Assembly (NCBI RefSeq): GCF_006345805.1
Contig: NC_042999.1
Coordinates: 107,384,001-107,448,000, forward strand
Source of the DNA: Octopus sinensis
Taxonomy: Eukaryota
DNA: 64,000 nt
Direction: 5' to 3'
The position numbers were made by a program, and so were the translations under genes. The notes under the pieces are model-generated. The model did not search any database. It saw only the letters and a list, made by a program, of their open reading frames with translations, and was not told the DNA's origin. Numbering within the stretch: position 1 is the first letter of the stretch; each line of letters begins with the position of its first letter. This document shows positions 33,636 through 47,209 of this stretch, in pieces.

Positions 33636-36409
33636 TATGTTATTACTTAACTTTGACTCAACTCTGATTGAGCAGACCAACAATCAAATGTCTTCTAAAC
33701 ATGACCATCCCATCTTAAATCCAGGGTTAGTGCATTCAAACATAATGCATCCAAGACCACATTAGTCTATGAGTACTTAGCTTTTTAAAATTGTAGGCAG
33801 GATATGAGGGAAGTTTGACTGGTATTTCAAGTTTGGAAATTGGTATGTTTTTGAACTGAAAATATCCAAACTGTGAAAGTTGCTTAAATGCTGAATGTGC
33901 CAGAATGCATTTATGTCATGCCAATCACTTGCTATGCTAATTATACCTTATCAGATTATAGTATCTCTAGTGATTAGCATAGTGGCATAAGTATCAACTT
34001 CTGATATGGTTATCACAAAGCTACTTGTTTACATTGAAAATTGAGAACTTGAGAGTCTGTCATTAATGATTTGGTGCTTAGAAGGCAAGTACTTAGCAAA
34101 GCTAAATGTTGTATAACAAACCAATGTAAATCTTCTGTGAGAGTTATGGCAAAAGTGACTAAAGAAGCTATAATGGAATCAAGCCAATGATATCACTAAA
34201 AATAGAGTGTAAATTTCCCTCAAAATCATGTGCATCTGCATTAACATGTTGCAAAAACATGTAAATGTGACTGCATGGAGGCTGTAATGCATGGTAAGTC
34301 CACTGGAGCCTTAATAAGAAAAAATAGAAAAAAAAAGCAAAGAAAAATAACATATATGAAATTGATCATTTTTAATTTCTATCTCAACTTTTAAACGACT
34401 TTAGATGGACTAACTTTAAAACCTTGTGTTAAGTTGTGCTGATGAATCTTAACAAAGGCAAAATGAAGCCATACATGGTTACTGTATTAATAATAAAAAA
34501 AATTGTGTGAAGAAACATGTATGTTCTTTCCTCTTTCCATTTTCACTATCTGACAAGAAAACAAGAAAGAAAAAAATTTAGAAGTAATTCTCTCCCCTTA
34601 AGCACATACACTCTTCCTTCCACACTCATTTCCTCTCTCTCTTTCTCTCTCTCTCTCTTGCTCTCTCTCTCTCTCTCGCTCTCTCTCTTGCTCTCTCTGT
34701 CACTGCCATTATGAGGTAGTCTCCAGCAAACAGAACATGTCATATGCAACTGTTATGAGAAAAAATTTGGAAGATTCAGAATATAGTTTTGGATTTATTT
34801 ACTTATAGGATTTTGAGACAGAGCAGATGAGGTATAGCTTCATAAACAGTAAGGTAGGTCATCATGATAGATAGATGGTTTTAAAAATTCTGTCAGGTTA
34901 TGTACAAGAGAAATAAAGCGGTGGGTACTAAATTCAGTAAGGAGTTTCAATTATTGATAGATATCCAGCAAGATTTCACTTCAAATTACTCTGTGGCAAC
35001 ACATTACAAAGGCCCTCTGTACTGAATTCCTGCAGTATCTTGTTAATGTCAGCCTCATTTGCATTACAAAATAAATCCAAGATCTGAATATGAAGCTAGA
35101 AAGTAGAAGGAGAAACATAAGTGAAACAATCTAAAGATGAATATGAGCAAAGAAAATTAAATTATTAGTTAGTATCAGAGTTTCTAGTAGCAAAATTCCA
35201 AATCTCCCAGACATACAAATTAAGGCATTCTCACTTTGGGGAATATTTACTTTGGGAGGTGTACTTAATAACTGAACAACTTGTGTAGAATTGAAGATCA
35301 ATTGCAGAACTTCCAAGAAACAGATACTGCCTTTGTTTCTCTCTATATATAAACCAGACATTATACATACATATGCACGTGTGTGTGTGTGTGTGTACAC
35401 ACACATATATATTTAAACCAGATACTTATACCTCATATATACATACACAGGAAGTATACTGCTGTATAGCTATGAAATATGGGTTGTAAATTTTGTAATT
35501 GAAGATGAACATATCTGTATAGGTTCCATTAGACTGCAAGCATTGTAAGCAGTGAAATATAAGTAACTTGAGAGGGCATTATTCAGTTTACACAGGAGAC
35601 AAATCTGAATAAATATAGACGTGAAAGATATATAGACGACAAGGAGTGGTGAGTTTTTCTCCAAAAAATTACTGAAGTATCTTGTAATGAGATGAAGTAG
35701 ATTAATCATATCTGAGAGAAATGATTTCAAACAAAGTGATATAAATCTGAGAAACGGCAGATTGCAAACCAATGTAAATTCTCTTAATAACAGCTATAGA
35801 AACAACAATAAAAACAACAACAACAACAACATAATATACTTTTAAAAACATCAAACTAATGATGAAGCATTTACATAGTTGTTTGACCTACAAGAAATGG
35901 TAGCCAAATGTCTCTTAAATCATTTGCTGTTATTTTAAAAAGGAAGGATACATTGGATAAAGTAGTCTTAAATACACTATATTTAAAAACAAAAAGCAGT
36001 GGACCATTGCTGGAATGTCTTTGATAAAAGGTCCAAGGGGGTGCTGAAAAGTTCTTGGCTTTAAGGTATCACCAAAGGCCTGAGTTTTTTTCAGTTCTTC
36101 AGTTACTGCCACCCTACATGAGTCTACATTTCACTCTTACATTTCGATTATGGCTTAGTTTTGACAACTTGATGCTCCTCCTATTGCTAGATGCTTTCTA
36201 GAGTGTACTAAGTGCATTTTAGGCAAGGCCCCTGTACTAGAGGAGTTGTCATGTCCTCAGTAAGATGAAAGAGTCCTCTCAGCCCTACATTGTCCTCAAT
36301 TTATTCACCAGCTACTTCACAGAGGATGCATGTTATCATAGCACCAACACTAAAGAGAGTGCCCTGCATAAATACCATAAGTGCACCTGAGCACTATAGA
36401 CAATAATTT

Positions 36410-36531
<122 letters not shown>

Positions 36532-37409
36532 TAAGCTTTGAGAATTCTCTCTTTTCTAAGAGATGACTTCTAGTCATATCACAGACATCAAAATATCTGT
36601 GGTTTATCAAATACTAGAAGTTATTTATACTCACCTTATTATTTTCAGACAGAGAATTCATTAACTTGAATTTTATTAGTGAGAATCTAGTATTTCTTGT
36701 GTATTAAAGGAACATTTTTTCATACCTAATTATAATGGAACACTAATGAATTAGCTATTTATCTCTTGTTAAATGTCAGATACTGTCAAATTGTCAATGA
36801 TATCACTTAATATATTCGTGTACAGAAACAGAAAGTTTTAGAGATACAAAGAAAACAATATTATATTATTAACACCATTAATAACACTATTAATAGTACA
36901 GTTATTAACACTTTAATTTGAGAATCTACTGCACCATTAAAATGCATCTCCAAGTTATTGAGGTGTGTACAACATTGTTGTTTTTTTGGTGTGGGGCAGT
37001 TCGTGTACCGTTGTGTGTATATACTAAATCTGTTTTGCTTTCTTATTGGGGTTTGTTTTGTTGTTTCTGGTCTCACTTTAGAGTTTTATCTGTTTATTAT
37101 GGAGAAATGCATTTTATGCATTGTATAGAATATGTATTTTATGAGTTGTGTCACAGCATAGCTGAATTGTTTGTTCAATGTGTGGTAGGATAGCTGAATG
37201 AACAGAGAAATCAATTCACAGCACCATTTCTCCAAAGATTTCTGGAATAAGAGTTCCTAACCCAAAACTATTGAAATACAAGGTAAAAGCACAGACCATC
37301 GATGTGTATTATTTCTTATAACTTGCATTGTTTTTCTCAATAAAAAAATACCCCAAAAGCATTTGTATTTATCAGACAATGCTTCATGCAAACTATATGT
37401 GTGTATGTG

Positions 37410-37461
<52 letters not shown>

Positions 37462-38774
37462 TACAGATAAACAGACATACAGACAGATAGCTAGATAAAG
37501 AGACAGACAGATATCAAATTAGCAGCTCACGCACACACACTCTCTCTCTCTGGGGCTTCAAAGTGTTCTTGTTCTCCTTTCAAAATTTCACTCCCAGCAT
37601 GTTAATCAATCCATGGCTACAGTAGAAAGCAATTGTCCAAGATGTTATATGGTGGAGTCGAACCCAGAACTGCACTATTACTGGCTGATACAAAATAAGC
37701 TGTTTGTCACAAACTATATAATTAAAGTTATTGAACACTCTTTCTCTGCTCCCCAGATTAACATTTTGCTGAAAAGGTCATATAAATTTCTTGGTAATGT
37801 TTCACATGTATTAATCTCATATGATTCTCCATTAAAACTGGTCAACTGTGAAACTTCCCATACTACCATTATAGCTCTGTAGCTTCAATATTTCATTAAA
37901 TTTCATATTGGTAAACTAATATTGCTAATGTATAAAACTATAGTTAACAGCCATCAAATCACTTCAGTTCTGTCCCTGTGTACAATTGGATTGATTTTAC
38001 ACTAGCCTTTATATCAACTATTCTCTCCACTTCATCAACAATATTCATGTTATAAAATTCCATTTACTATTGACATAATATATTCTTCGTCAGAACAATG
38101 ATTTCTATACTCTAGGGAAACCAAATCCTACAGCATTTACTTTGAACTAGTAGTAACACTGCTTCTTAATGGTCACATTGATTTTAGCAAGATTACCTCC
38201 CCTTGCAATTTACTAATATCATCAGAAATATTTATGGCACTCATAAACTTGAAAACTAATATTATGCGAAGCAAAAGGTTATGACCTCACTTCATTTTAT
38301 TAACTTAATTTCCTTACACGACATGTTGTTTCAGATTTGAATTATACATTGGTATTCTTTTTCTTACTACTATTCCCTTTAACTTTCTAAATTCACTGAG
38401 ATAATTTAATGTTATACACAGTGACAGCAATATATTCGCAAATTATTTCCGTGCCATAACTGTAGTTATGTCAACAGATAAACACTGTTAGTTGTGATAT
38501 CAAAGCAAATAATTTACTTAACTGTAATAGCCCAAACTCCATTTAATATGTTAATTTTATAGTGTAACATCAGAATATGTAAGACAGCTGTATTTATATA
38601 TCCAGAAAGCTTCTCTCAAGAAGTTAAACCAATTATAGAAAATCTATTGTTTATTTACTGTTTTGCAGCTAGGTCTTCTTACCTAACAAGCTTTACTTGT
38701 TGCTGATGTTATTGTTGATATTTAGCCTCTGACCAATTCTAAGGAGCAGATATTTATAAATTGATATTTGTTTT

Positions 38775-39241
38775 AATATTGGTTTAAAATTTTAGCACCA
38801 AGCCAGCAATTTTGGCGAAGTAAGTTAGTTAATTAGATTGGTGCCAGTGTTCAACTGGTACTTATTTTATTGACTCCTGAAAGAATGAAGGGCAAGGTCA
38901 ACCTCAGCGGCATTTGAACTCAGAACGTAAAGATGGGTGGAATGCCACTAAGCATTTTGCCCAGCATGCTAACAATTCTGTTAACTTGCTAACTAATACT
39001 TGTTTTAGTATTAATAGATATTAAGGCAGTGGGCAGAAAGAACCATTAGCATGCTAGGTAAAATGCATAGCAGCATTTCATCTGTCTTTGTGTTCTGAGT
39101 TCAAATTCCACCATGGTTGACATTGCCTTTCAACCTTTCAGGGTTGATAAAATAAGTACCAGTTGAACACTGGAGTCGATGTAATCAACTTAATCCCTCC
39201 CCAAAATTGCTGGCCTTGTGACCAAATTTGAAACCAATATT
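38775..39241. mobile_element. Head-to-head pair of SINE family B copies (- 38775-38990, + 39024-39241)
   Basis: Outer ends aatattggtttaaaattt / aaatttgaaaccaatatt; spacer about 35 bp. Confidence 0.85.
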
Positions 39242-39454
39242 ACTTAATATTCATACTCTCTTGTGCATTTTGCATGTATATTCTTGCAAGTGTAGAAGAT
39301 TACATTTAGTTTAGCTCTACTTCGGAATTATGAGTACAAAATTGTCGGTATTCTGAATATCTCACACAAACATATTTTAAAAGATGTATTGAGAAATATA
39401 TTAAGCTCCTAATTCTTAACTTGTCGAGTCAACCATATATATGGAACATATTAT

Positions 39455-39700
39455 ATATAAGAGGGAAGACTGCACTAATTTGGCCGTGTGATGTTTTTAG
39501 ATGAAGATAGTCATGTAAAGAAGTGTTGATTGCTTGCATTAGAAATAACCTACGGACGCAAGTAACCCAAGAAGACCTGAGAAGAGATGGTGAAAATTAA
39601 TCTCAGGATGTTGAACCTTACAGAGATGAAAAGGACTTTGATGATTGGTTATACACAGTACTTGAGAAGAACCCATCAACATATGCTAGCATGGAATGAC
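39455..39700 (+). pseudogene. Decayed RTE ORF C-terminus
   Basis: RLH*FGRVM..DEDSHVKKC..PKKT*EEMVK..L. Confidence 0.7.
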
Positions 39701-39874
39701 AGAAGTTCTGAAAGCATAAAATGTATGCATAAAACTGCATCCCTCACCCCAATTTACTGTTAAATCTACAGCTGCTGCTTCTTTCTACTTTGCGCCTTCT
39801 ATTCCTACCTTTCTGTGCCCAGATAGTTGTGTCTATATTTTGAACCAGTTCCTATTGTCATCTATCCTCTATTC

Positions 39875-40348
39875 TTATTTCTTCACTGCCCACAAGGAGA
39901 TATACACAAAGGGGACAAACAAGGACATACAAGTGGATTAAGTCAATTATATCAACTCCAGTGTGCAACTGGTACTTATTTAATCGACCCCAAAAGGATG
40001 AAAGCAAAGTCGACCTCAGCAGAATTTGAACTCAGAACGTAACAGCAGACGAAATACCTATTTCTTTATTACCCACAAGGGGCTAAACACAGAGGGGACA
40101 ATCAAGGACAGACATAGGTATTAAGTCGATTACATCGACCCCAGTGCGTAACTGGTACTTAATTTATCGACCCCGAAAGGATGAAAGGCAAAGTCGACCT
40201 CGGCAGAATTTGAACTCACAACATAACGCAGACGAAATACCGCTAAACATTTCGCCCGGCGTGCTAACGCTTCTGCCAGCTCGCCGCCTGACGAAATACC
40301 ACTAAGCATTTTGTCCGGCATGCTAAAGTTTCTGCCAGCTCACCACCT
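39875..40348 (-). mobile_element. SINE B containing a second, younger SINE B (40059-40289) in the same orientation
   Basis: gacgaaatacc duplicated at 40048-40058 and 40290-40300; the inner copy is CpG-rich. Confidence 0.9.
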
Positions 40349-41270
40349 TTGGATCATGTCGTTAGCAAGAAGAGACTCAATAGATTGCAGTGTGATAGCT
40401 GTTCTACTAAGCACGTCACTCCGAACAGCAAGTCAAGTCATATGCAAGCGTTCCTTTTCGAACAAGTCAGGGCAGGACATTGACGATGATGGCGTGAACG
40501 CTGCCGCCACCGATGTCCCCTCCTCCATTCTTACCATTTGTCACCCACTACCTATATTTGGCATCATTTTTACTATCATTTGCTCCCACCCTAGTTTTAA
40601 CCATCTTTCACTCTCTCTTAAAACTTTTAACCCCAACCCTCATCTCTTTATTATTCATCCCTCCATCATTCTCATAAATGCTGAACTATTCTACTGTGGT
40701 AAGTAATGAAATTAGAACTTGCTATTCCAAACCATTACATATCACCATTTCTGTACTACCAGTCACCATACCCTCTCCTCTGAGCTACTCTCAACTGACG
40801 TATATCCTTCTCATCACACACACCCCTACACACACTTGTATTTACTATCCCTACCCATGCTCAACACTCTCTACATTCATCTCCTATGTACATTTTTAAT
40901 AACGTGCTACTGGAAGTATTGTTATTGCTCCTTTGTTACTGAAGCAAATATGACAAGAACTAATAATGAAGGACAGGAGAGAGAAAGAGAGAGAGAGAGA
41001 TGACAGCGAGGTATTGAGCTGCAGGAGTAGGGAGAGTGCATGAGTAAGAGAAGTACTTCGGCTCATTGTTGTAGGGTTAATTGATGTTATATGTGGGTGG
41101 AATACACAGCACTTCTTGAACACAGTTTTGCTGAGGTGGGCAGGTCTTCTCAAGAACTGCATATCACCAGACATCTCATATATAAACCCTATATGAATGT
41201 ATATATGAGGTGTGTGTATGTGTTAGAGAGAGAGTGTGTGTGTTTTTTTGTGCGTATGTATATACACATA

Positions 41271-41435
41271 TAAGTGAATGAAATGAGTGGAAGAAGCACT
41301 TATGCATTACATATGTTTCAAAAATGCATGGAATTTGTATTACGTAACAGTTTCAGTGTTGCATAATACAGGTACCATGCACTTTTGAAACATATGTAGT
41401 GTATAAATGCTTCTTCTGTTCCTTCCATTCATTTA
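41271..41435. repeat. Imperfect palindrome, about 79-bp arms with a 7-nt loop (fold-back element or hairpin RNA)
   Basis: taagtgaatg..gaagaagcacttatgcattacatatgtttcaaaaatgcatgg..gtaaca / tgttgc..ccatgcacttttgaaacatatgtagtgtataaatgcttcttc..cattcattta. Confidence 0.92.
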
Positions 41436-42667
41436 TTCAATTATTGCATACTAAGCAGTGCAAGCTGCTTTTCTATTGGAGTTGTGTAGCATCTGTCATC
41501 TTACCAACAATACTTTATAATTTTGATATGGAACAAAGTGTGTTTGGTGCATGAATTATTATACTTTATTGATCAATTATCATTTCTTTCATATATACTA
41601 GAGGCTAACCAAGTGTTTTGCCATGATTGATTGGATTCCACTACATTGATATATATATATGTATGAATATATGTATATATGCAAACATATATTTGTTTAC
41701 ATGCATATGTGTATGTGTGTGCATCTGTATGTCCATGTGTCAGTGTGTCTGTGTGTCGGTGTGTGTGTGTGTGTGCGTGTGTGTGTGTGTGTATCTTATT
41801 TGTATGTTGTAAATAAAATACCAATTTATACTCTGTTTAAATAAAGAGACACTTGTTTTAGCCAAAGATTTCTATATTTGTTGCAATATATTTGATATAT
41901 GCATGGATATATGGGCTCAAATAATGCAGTAAATGCACAGAAGTAAATTAATGGAAACTGCATGCTTGAAGCTAAGACCAGATGTTGCTTAGATGGTATG
42001 CAGGAAACTACAATTATTACTTAACCTCGGGTTAAATCTGACTGAACATTACTATGTAACCAAAGGATTCCAAAACAGGGATACTTTATCAAATATATCC
42101 TTCCAATTTTTCAAAAATATGATGTAATATGGGAGAGATTTTGCTACCATTTCTAACAGGGCAAGCAACTATGTAAAGGTTTACTTGTTGGCTTATTAGT
42201 GTTGGTATTAAAGGAGGTAGTGATGAGAGTGATGATTGTTGCAGATAAACTGGTGTAGCTGAGTAAGAAAAGGGTAGAAAAGGATAAGGGTGTGTTGACT
42301 CTGACAGCAACAATGATTTTATCTTTCCATCTAACAAGATAAAATTAAAGATGCATGTATAAGAAGTGTCATGCTGTTATGAAAAGAGAGAGACATTGGG
42401 CAGTATGCAGGATCTGATGTTAAATAATTTAAATGCAAAGAGTGTTCAATATACAGGGGAAAAAAACAAGGCATGAGAACATGACAGGTTACTACTTACT
42501 TATCTGATGTACATAAAGAACAAAACTGAGTTGGTATTAACATGTAATGTAAATAGACAAAAATGAACTGTTGAAACAATTGTAATTTGCTGACTGTAAA
42601 TGGGACATGCAGTAAATAAGTAACATAAAAAATATGAGAATGAAGGGTGAGATTGAACCTTTAGATT

Positions 42668-42830
42668 GGCGTTTCTTAATCTTTTTCCCCTTGCATAACC
42701 TTTAGAATAAATTACATGTCACAAGGAACCCCTGCACCAAAAAAATTATATACCACATCTAATTTTTTCATCGTAGTTCACATGGTATATATCATATATA
42801 TATGCCAATTTGTTTTTGTATGTACCTGAT
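42668..42830. mobile_element. Partial copy of the hAT MITE
   Basis: ccttgcataacc..aaattacatgtc.caag.aacccctgcac shared with 32690-32790. Confidence 0.75.
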
Positions 42831-43071
42831 GCATGTGTCATGCTTAAGAGAAAGAAATTGTTGAAAGAAATTTTGTTGCTTAAATAAAAATTTTTAACTA
42901 GATCTCTTGTAATTTTGGGAAGAGGCTTGAAACCACCACCTATGTGTTGTATTACTACTTCTCAACACTCAAGCCTACTGGGCCACTGAAGCAGCAACAA
43001 CCTTAAGGAGGAAGTTAAGATTTGACATGTGTGTTGAGCAAGGGAGAGAGGAAGTTAGAGGGAGTGGCTGG

Positions 43072-43236
43072 AGTTCAAATTCCGCCGAGGTCGACTTTGC
43101 CTTTCATCCTTTCGGGGTCGATAAATTAAGTACCAGTTACGCATGGGTGTCGATGTAATCGACTTAATACCTATATCTGTCCTTGTTTGTCCCCTCTATG
43201 CTTAGCTCCTTGTGGGTAGTAAAGAAATAGGTATTT
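43072..43236 (+). mobile_element. Young 5'-truncated SINE family B
   Basis: gagttcaaattccgccgaggtcgactttgcctttcatcctttcggggtcgataaattaagtacc..aaagaaata. Confidence 0.9.
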
Positions 43237-43494
43237 GAATTCCTTTCAACAAATGAACTGAAATTGACCCCTGGTTATTAAAAGCCCAACCACACACCCA
43301 CCCACACATACACACACATTTGTTTTAGGTCTTCTACCTATTTGAAATCACATAACACCAGATAACATGTTAAGTCTTATGTTCCAAAATTTAAATTTTG
43401 AATTTGTTTTAATTATAAAATTACACCTCAGCTAAAAAACATCTTTGGCTTTTGAATACAACCTTTTCTTTCTCTTTCTATATTTTTGCTGAGT

Positions 43495-43990
43495 TACAAT
43501 TTCTCTGTTTAGGTCAGAATTTTTCCAGTTTCTTTTTTCATGTATCAAGTAATGGATGAAAGCATTTAAAAACATTTAATTCATAGACCCGAACAAAATC
43601 AAAAATATTAACTCTATTTTTTCCCTTTCCTTAATACTATCAAGAGCATAGTATGAGAAAGATTTGACTGTTATTTCTAACAAATTGAACCACCACACAT
43701 AGTTGTACAATTGGCTCGTTGTTGATGTGTATAAGTAAACAAAAACTAAAAGACACATGCACACACCTATATATGAATGTATGTGTGGGTGTGTGATAAT
43801 AAGTTTCATGTGGTGAAAATAAACACAACTTTGTCTATATTTTTTGTTAAGTTAGAATTTCTCTCTTTTGGTCCGGATTTTTCCAGTTTCCTTTTTCTTC
43901 TATCAAGCAATTGACAAAAGCATTTAAAAAACATCAAACTCATAGATCTGAACAAAATCAAAAATATTAATTCTATTTTTCCCCTTTACT
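43495..43990. repeat. Diverged direct repeat of about 135 bp (43495-43630 and 43855-43990)
   Basis: ttttccagtttc..tatcaag.aat.ga..aaagcatttaaaaa..catagA.c.gaacaaaatcaaaaatattaa.tctattttt.ccc occurs twice. Confidence 0.85.
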
Positions 43991-44176
43991 CTTTACTTTC
44001 CTACAATATAATTGATTACCGTATCCTATATACTATGTCCTTGCATATTAGGTGAGTATTTCAGAAATATTTTCACCTCTCAAACAAAAACTGTCTAATA
44101 CATTCGTATATGTTTTTCAGTTGAAACATTCTGAATCATTTTGGAGATTTATTGTTTTAATAACAAGTTTTAAAAT

Positions 44177-44500
44177 ATGGGTAATCACATGAGGGATTCA
44201 GCACAAGAGCGTCAGAACAGAAGGAGAGAACAGGTGCATGAGGAACAACAAGAGGAAATTAGGAATCAAATTTATATGAGGATGAGACAGAGAAGAAATG
44301 AAATAAGCCAAGAGCAGAGGGAGTGTATCCTATGGCAAAGAAGGGAAAGAAATCAGCAAAGGGTAGAACACATGAGCCAGGACCAAAGAGAAGTGTATTT
44401 TCAAAATAAGAGAGACAGAGATCAACAGAATCGAGAACATATGAGTACAGCTGTACTTAGAAAATATGAAAAATAGAGCTGGATCTCTCTCAGCATACCA
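44177..44500 (+). pseudogene. Helitron RepHel-like N-terminal (R/E/Q-rich repeat) fragment
   Basis: 99-aa ORF with about 23-aa repeats (EISQEQRECILWQRRERNQQRVE / HMSQDQREVYFQNKRDRDQQNRE), then frameshifted LRKYE.ELDLSQHTS resembling the AFxYDPxxDYS block. No Rep or helicase motifs are seen. Confidence 0.5.
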
Positions 44501-45954
44501 GTGAACCACAAAATTGCACTAGCCAGCATCACCACCACCTCCAAGCCTGTCATATATATATATATATATATAAAACAAACTTGGAAGAGGATGTGTGGCA
44601 TTCAATCATACAATAATATAAAATATATATATATATATATATATATGTGTAGAAGGTTTAATGATGATAATGATGATCTTAAAACCAAGACAGGATAGTT
44701 GTGAGCTTAGGTTTGCTCAAACAAGACTAATCTGGGTCTTGATAAGTGCCCTACCAGCAGATACAAAAGTTTAACACCTCTTTCAAGAAAAACGAAACTA
44801 GTTTTTATCATTAATGTCTGTAGTTGTCTCAAATATTTGTTACATGTGGACATATTTAAATAAAATAACTCAGCTTCTATATGAGTCTAGCCTTTATTAA
44901 CTCTACTCTAACCCAGTTCTATCATTTAGTTTTCTGTAGAATTCTGGTTTAAGTACCCCCATATAACTTCTCATAACTTTTAAATTTTTAGGAATTTCCA
45001 GAAAATTTTTGCGAATTTTTTCTACACATGGGAATTCATACATTTATGGAACAAAAGAAATTTTTAAAACCCGGCCACATCACCATAAATCCTAAAATGT
45101 CTACTCTTTTCTGAATCTTTCTTTAAAATTAGAGTTGAAAATATGGACGCTCTGAATTTTTTGCTTAAATCCCAGCAGTGGACCACACTTGGATGCATCA
45201 TCATTCCATTAAATGTGTTTATGGAGAAAAAAATATTGGTAAACATCAATACACATCAGAGGGACAAAGAAATGAGGATGCTATCAGATGATCATGGGAT
45301 GTGCTAAAAACAACAGCTAAATCACCCTTAAATCACATACACAAAAAAGAACTCTTTTGTGCTACTTTTCCTCTAATAATGAAAATATTTTCAAACAATG
45401 TTTCAGGTTATATCCTTGACAAATTATTCTAAAGTAAAGTTACATTCCAAAGATTGAGGTATATATGAAAACTAAAATATGTTCATTATGAAGGGGGCAT
45501 TATACAGTATTGTAAAGATTACTCAAAGCTTTGAACATCCACAATTTAACTTTGATTTCAATTGAAAACATAGAAACAGCAGAAGTAGCTGGCATGACTT
45601 GTAGCAATTGCTTTCTTCATGAAACCTTAGATTTTCTTGGGTTATTTCTATTAATTTTCCTGCAAATAGTTTTAGGGTCACATTCTTGCTTCTTTTGTAA
45701 ATTCATCTAAATACTTTATTTTGTGTTCCAGTGGTTGGAGCAGGAAAGCTGAGAATCTCTGACACCTCAGAGTCTCTAGTATTCATAATTTACTTAACTT
45801 GAATATTCTTTGATTTTTCTTCTTATTCAGTTTTGGGTGGAATGTCAGATAATCAATGCCATACTGTCAGTGTGTTCTAATTGATAAGACACTGGGCTTC
45901 CATTACTAAATGGAAGAATATCAAACTCGTATTGGCAGTTTGGGGTTTCACCTC

Positions 45955-45965
45955 TTTCTCTCTCG

Positions 45966-46034
<69 letters not shown>

Positions 46035-46043
46035 ACACACACA
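45955..46043. repeat. (TC)n-(CA)n microsatellite
   Basis: Direct observation. Confidence 0.98.
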
Positions 46044-47209
46044 CATCTAGCATGCAGGCTGTTACAGAAACGCCATTGAATTCTCTGCACAGTAAAGGCT
46101 TCAAATTTTATTACATGAGCTAGAATTTAATACCAAGACACCTCAAACATGCTAATTTCTACAATTATTTTGGACATCTATAAAGTCAGGGGATAAAAGA
46201 ATGATATCCCACCATCATAGTATCTTTAATGACAGCCTTGGATATTTCTTGCTTCTATCCTTTAACCCTTGCTCAGCCCTAATCAACAAAACTTTGATAG
46301 ATGTTCCTTTATAACCGTACCGCCTAATTTTTAGTTGTTATATATCTAGCACTGTTTTGTCCAATGTGTCAATGTAAAGGTATGATTTGAAGGAGATATG
46401 GCAGCTATTTCCAACAAGTCAATTTAACACATAGCAGTATCTTTTCTAACTTCTTTCCCGACAGTTCTATTGCTATGAGTAGAAAAAGAATTATTTTAAT
46501 ATTAATATAAAGGAGAAATAGATGAGTTCCAACATATTTGCATTTCCAAGAAACTGAACCAAGACTTGCTCACAGATATTTGATAAGCAATTTCTATGTT
46601 AATGAATCTACAGTAACACAGGTCAACTCCAATAATATTAATAAAAAATAAGCCAATAAAGGAGATTCTATGTGGTAATTTGATATACTTGAAATAGCAG
46701 CCAAATTTCCATTAACACCCCCTCCTGCTTTTAAAATAGAAATGACATTTGGATTAATGTAGTTCTACTTACACTGTCAGAAGAAAAGTTTTATGGACAG
46801 TGCTTGAATGACTTTGCACAGGTTAGATCAGTGTTTCTCATATGAGATGGTTGTGAAGATTGAAAAGGAGACAAACGTATTGCTGTGCTCAATAAAATTA
46901 AGATATTTTAAAAGTTATAAAATTTGTCTAACATCATGGTGAAGAAAGAAATTTTACATGGATGTAAATCCTATTTTATCTTTTCATTAATAAAGAGTAG
47001 TGATAGGACAAAAGATTTTGCTAATATGCTTTGGCAGACTGAGGACCGATATTTGTCAGTTACAGAAATCACTCAGTTAGCTTGACCAGTGCTGACCTAA
47101 AGCTAATCAACAAGAACAATAAAATATGCTTTTCTTTTTAAAGGACATCATCTGTATTAAATTAATTTATTATACACCTAAAAATCCTTCTAATTAATGA
47201 TTTATAATA

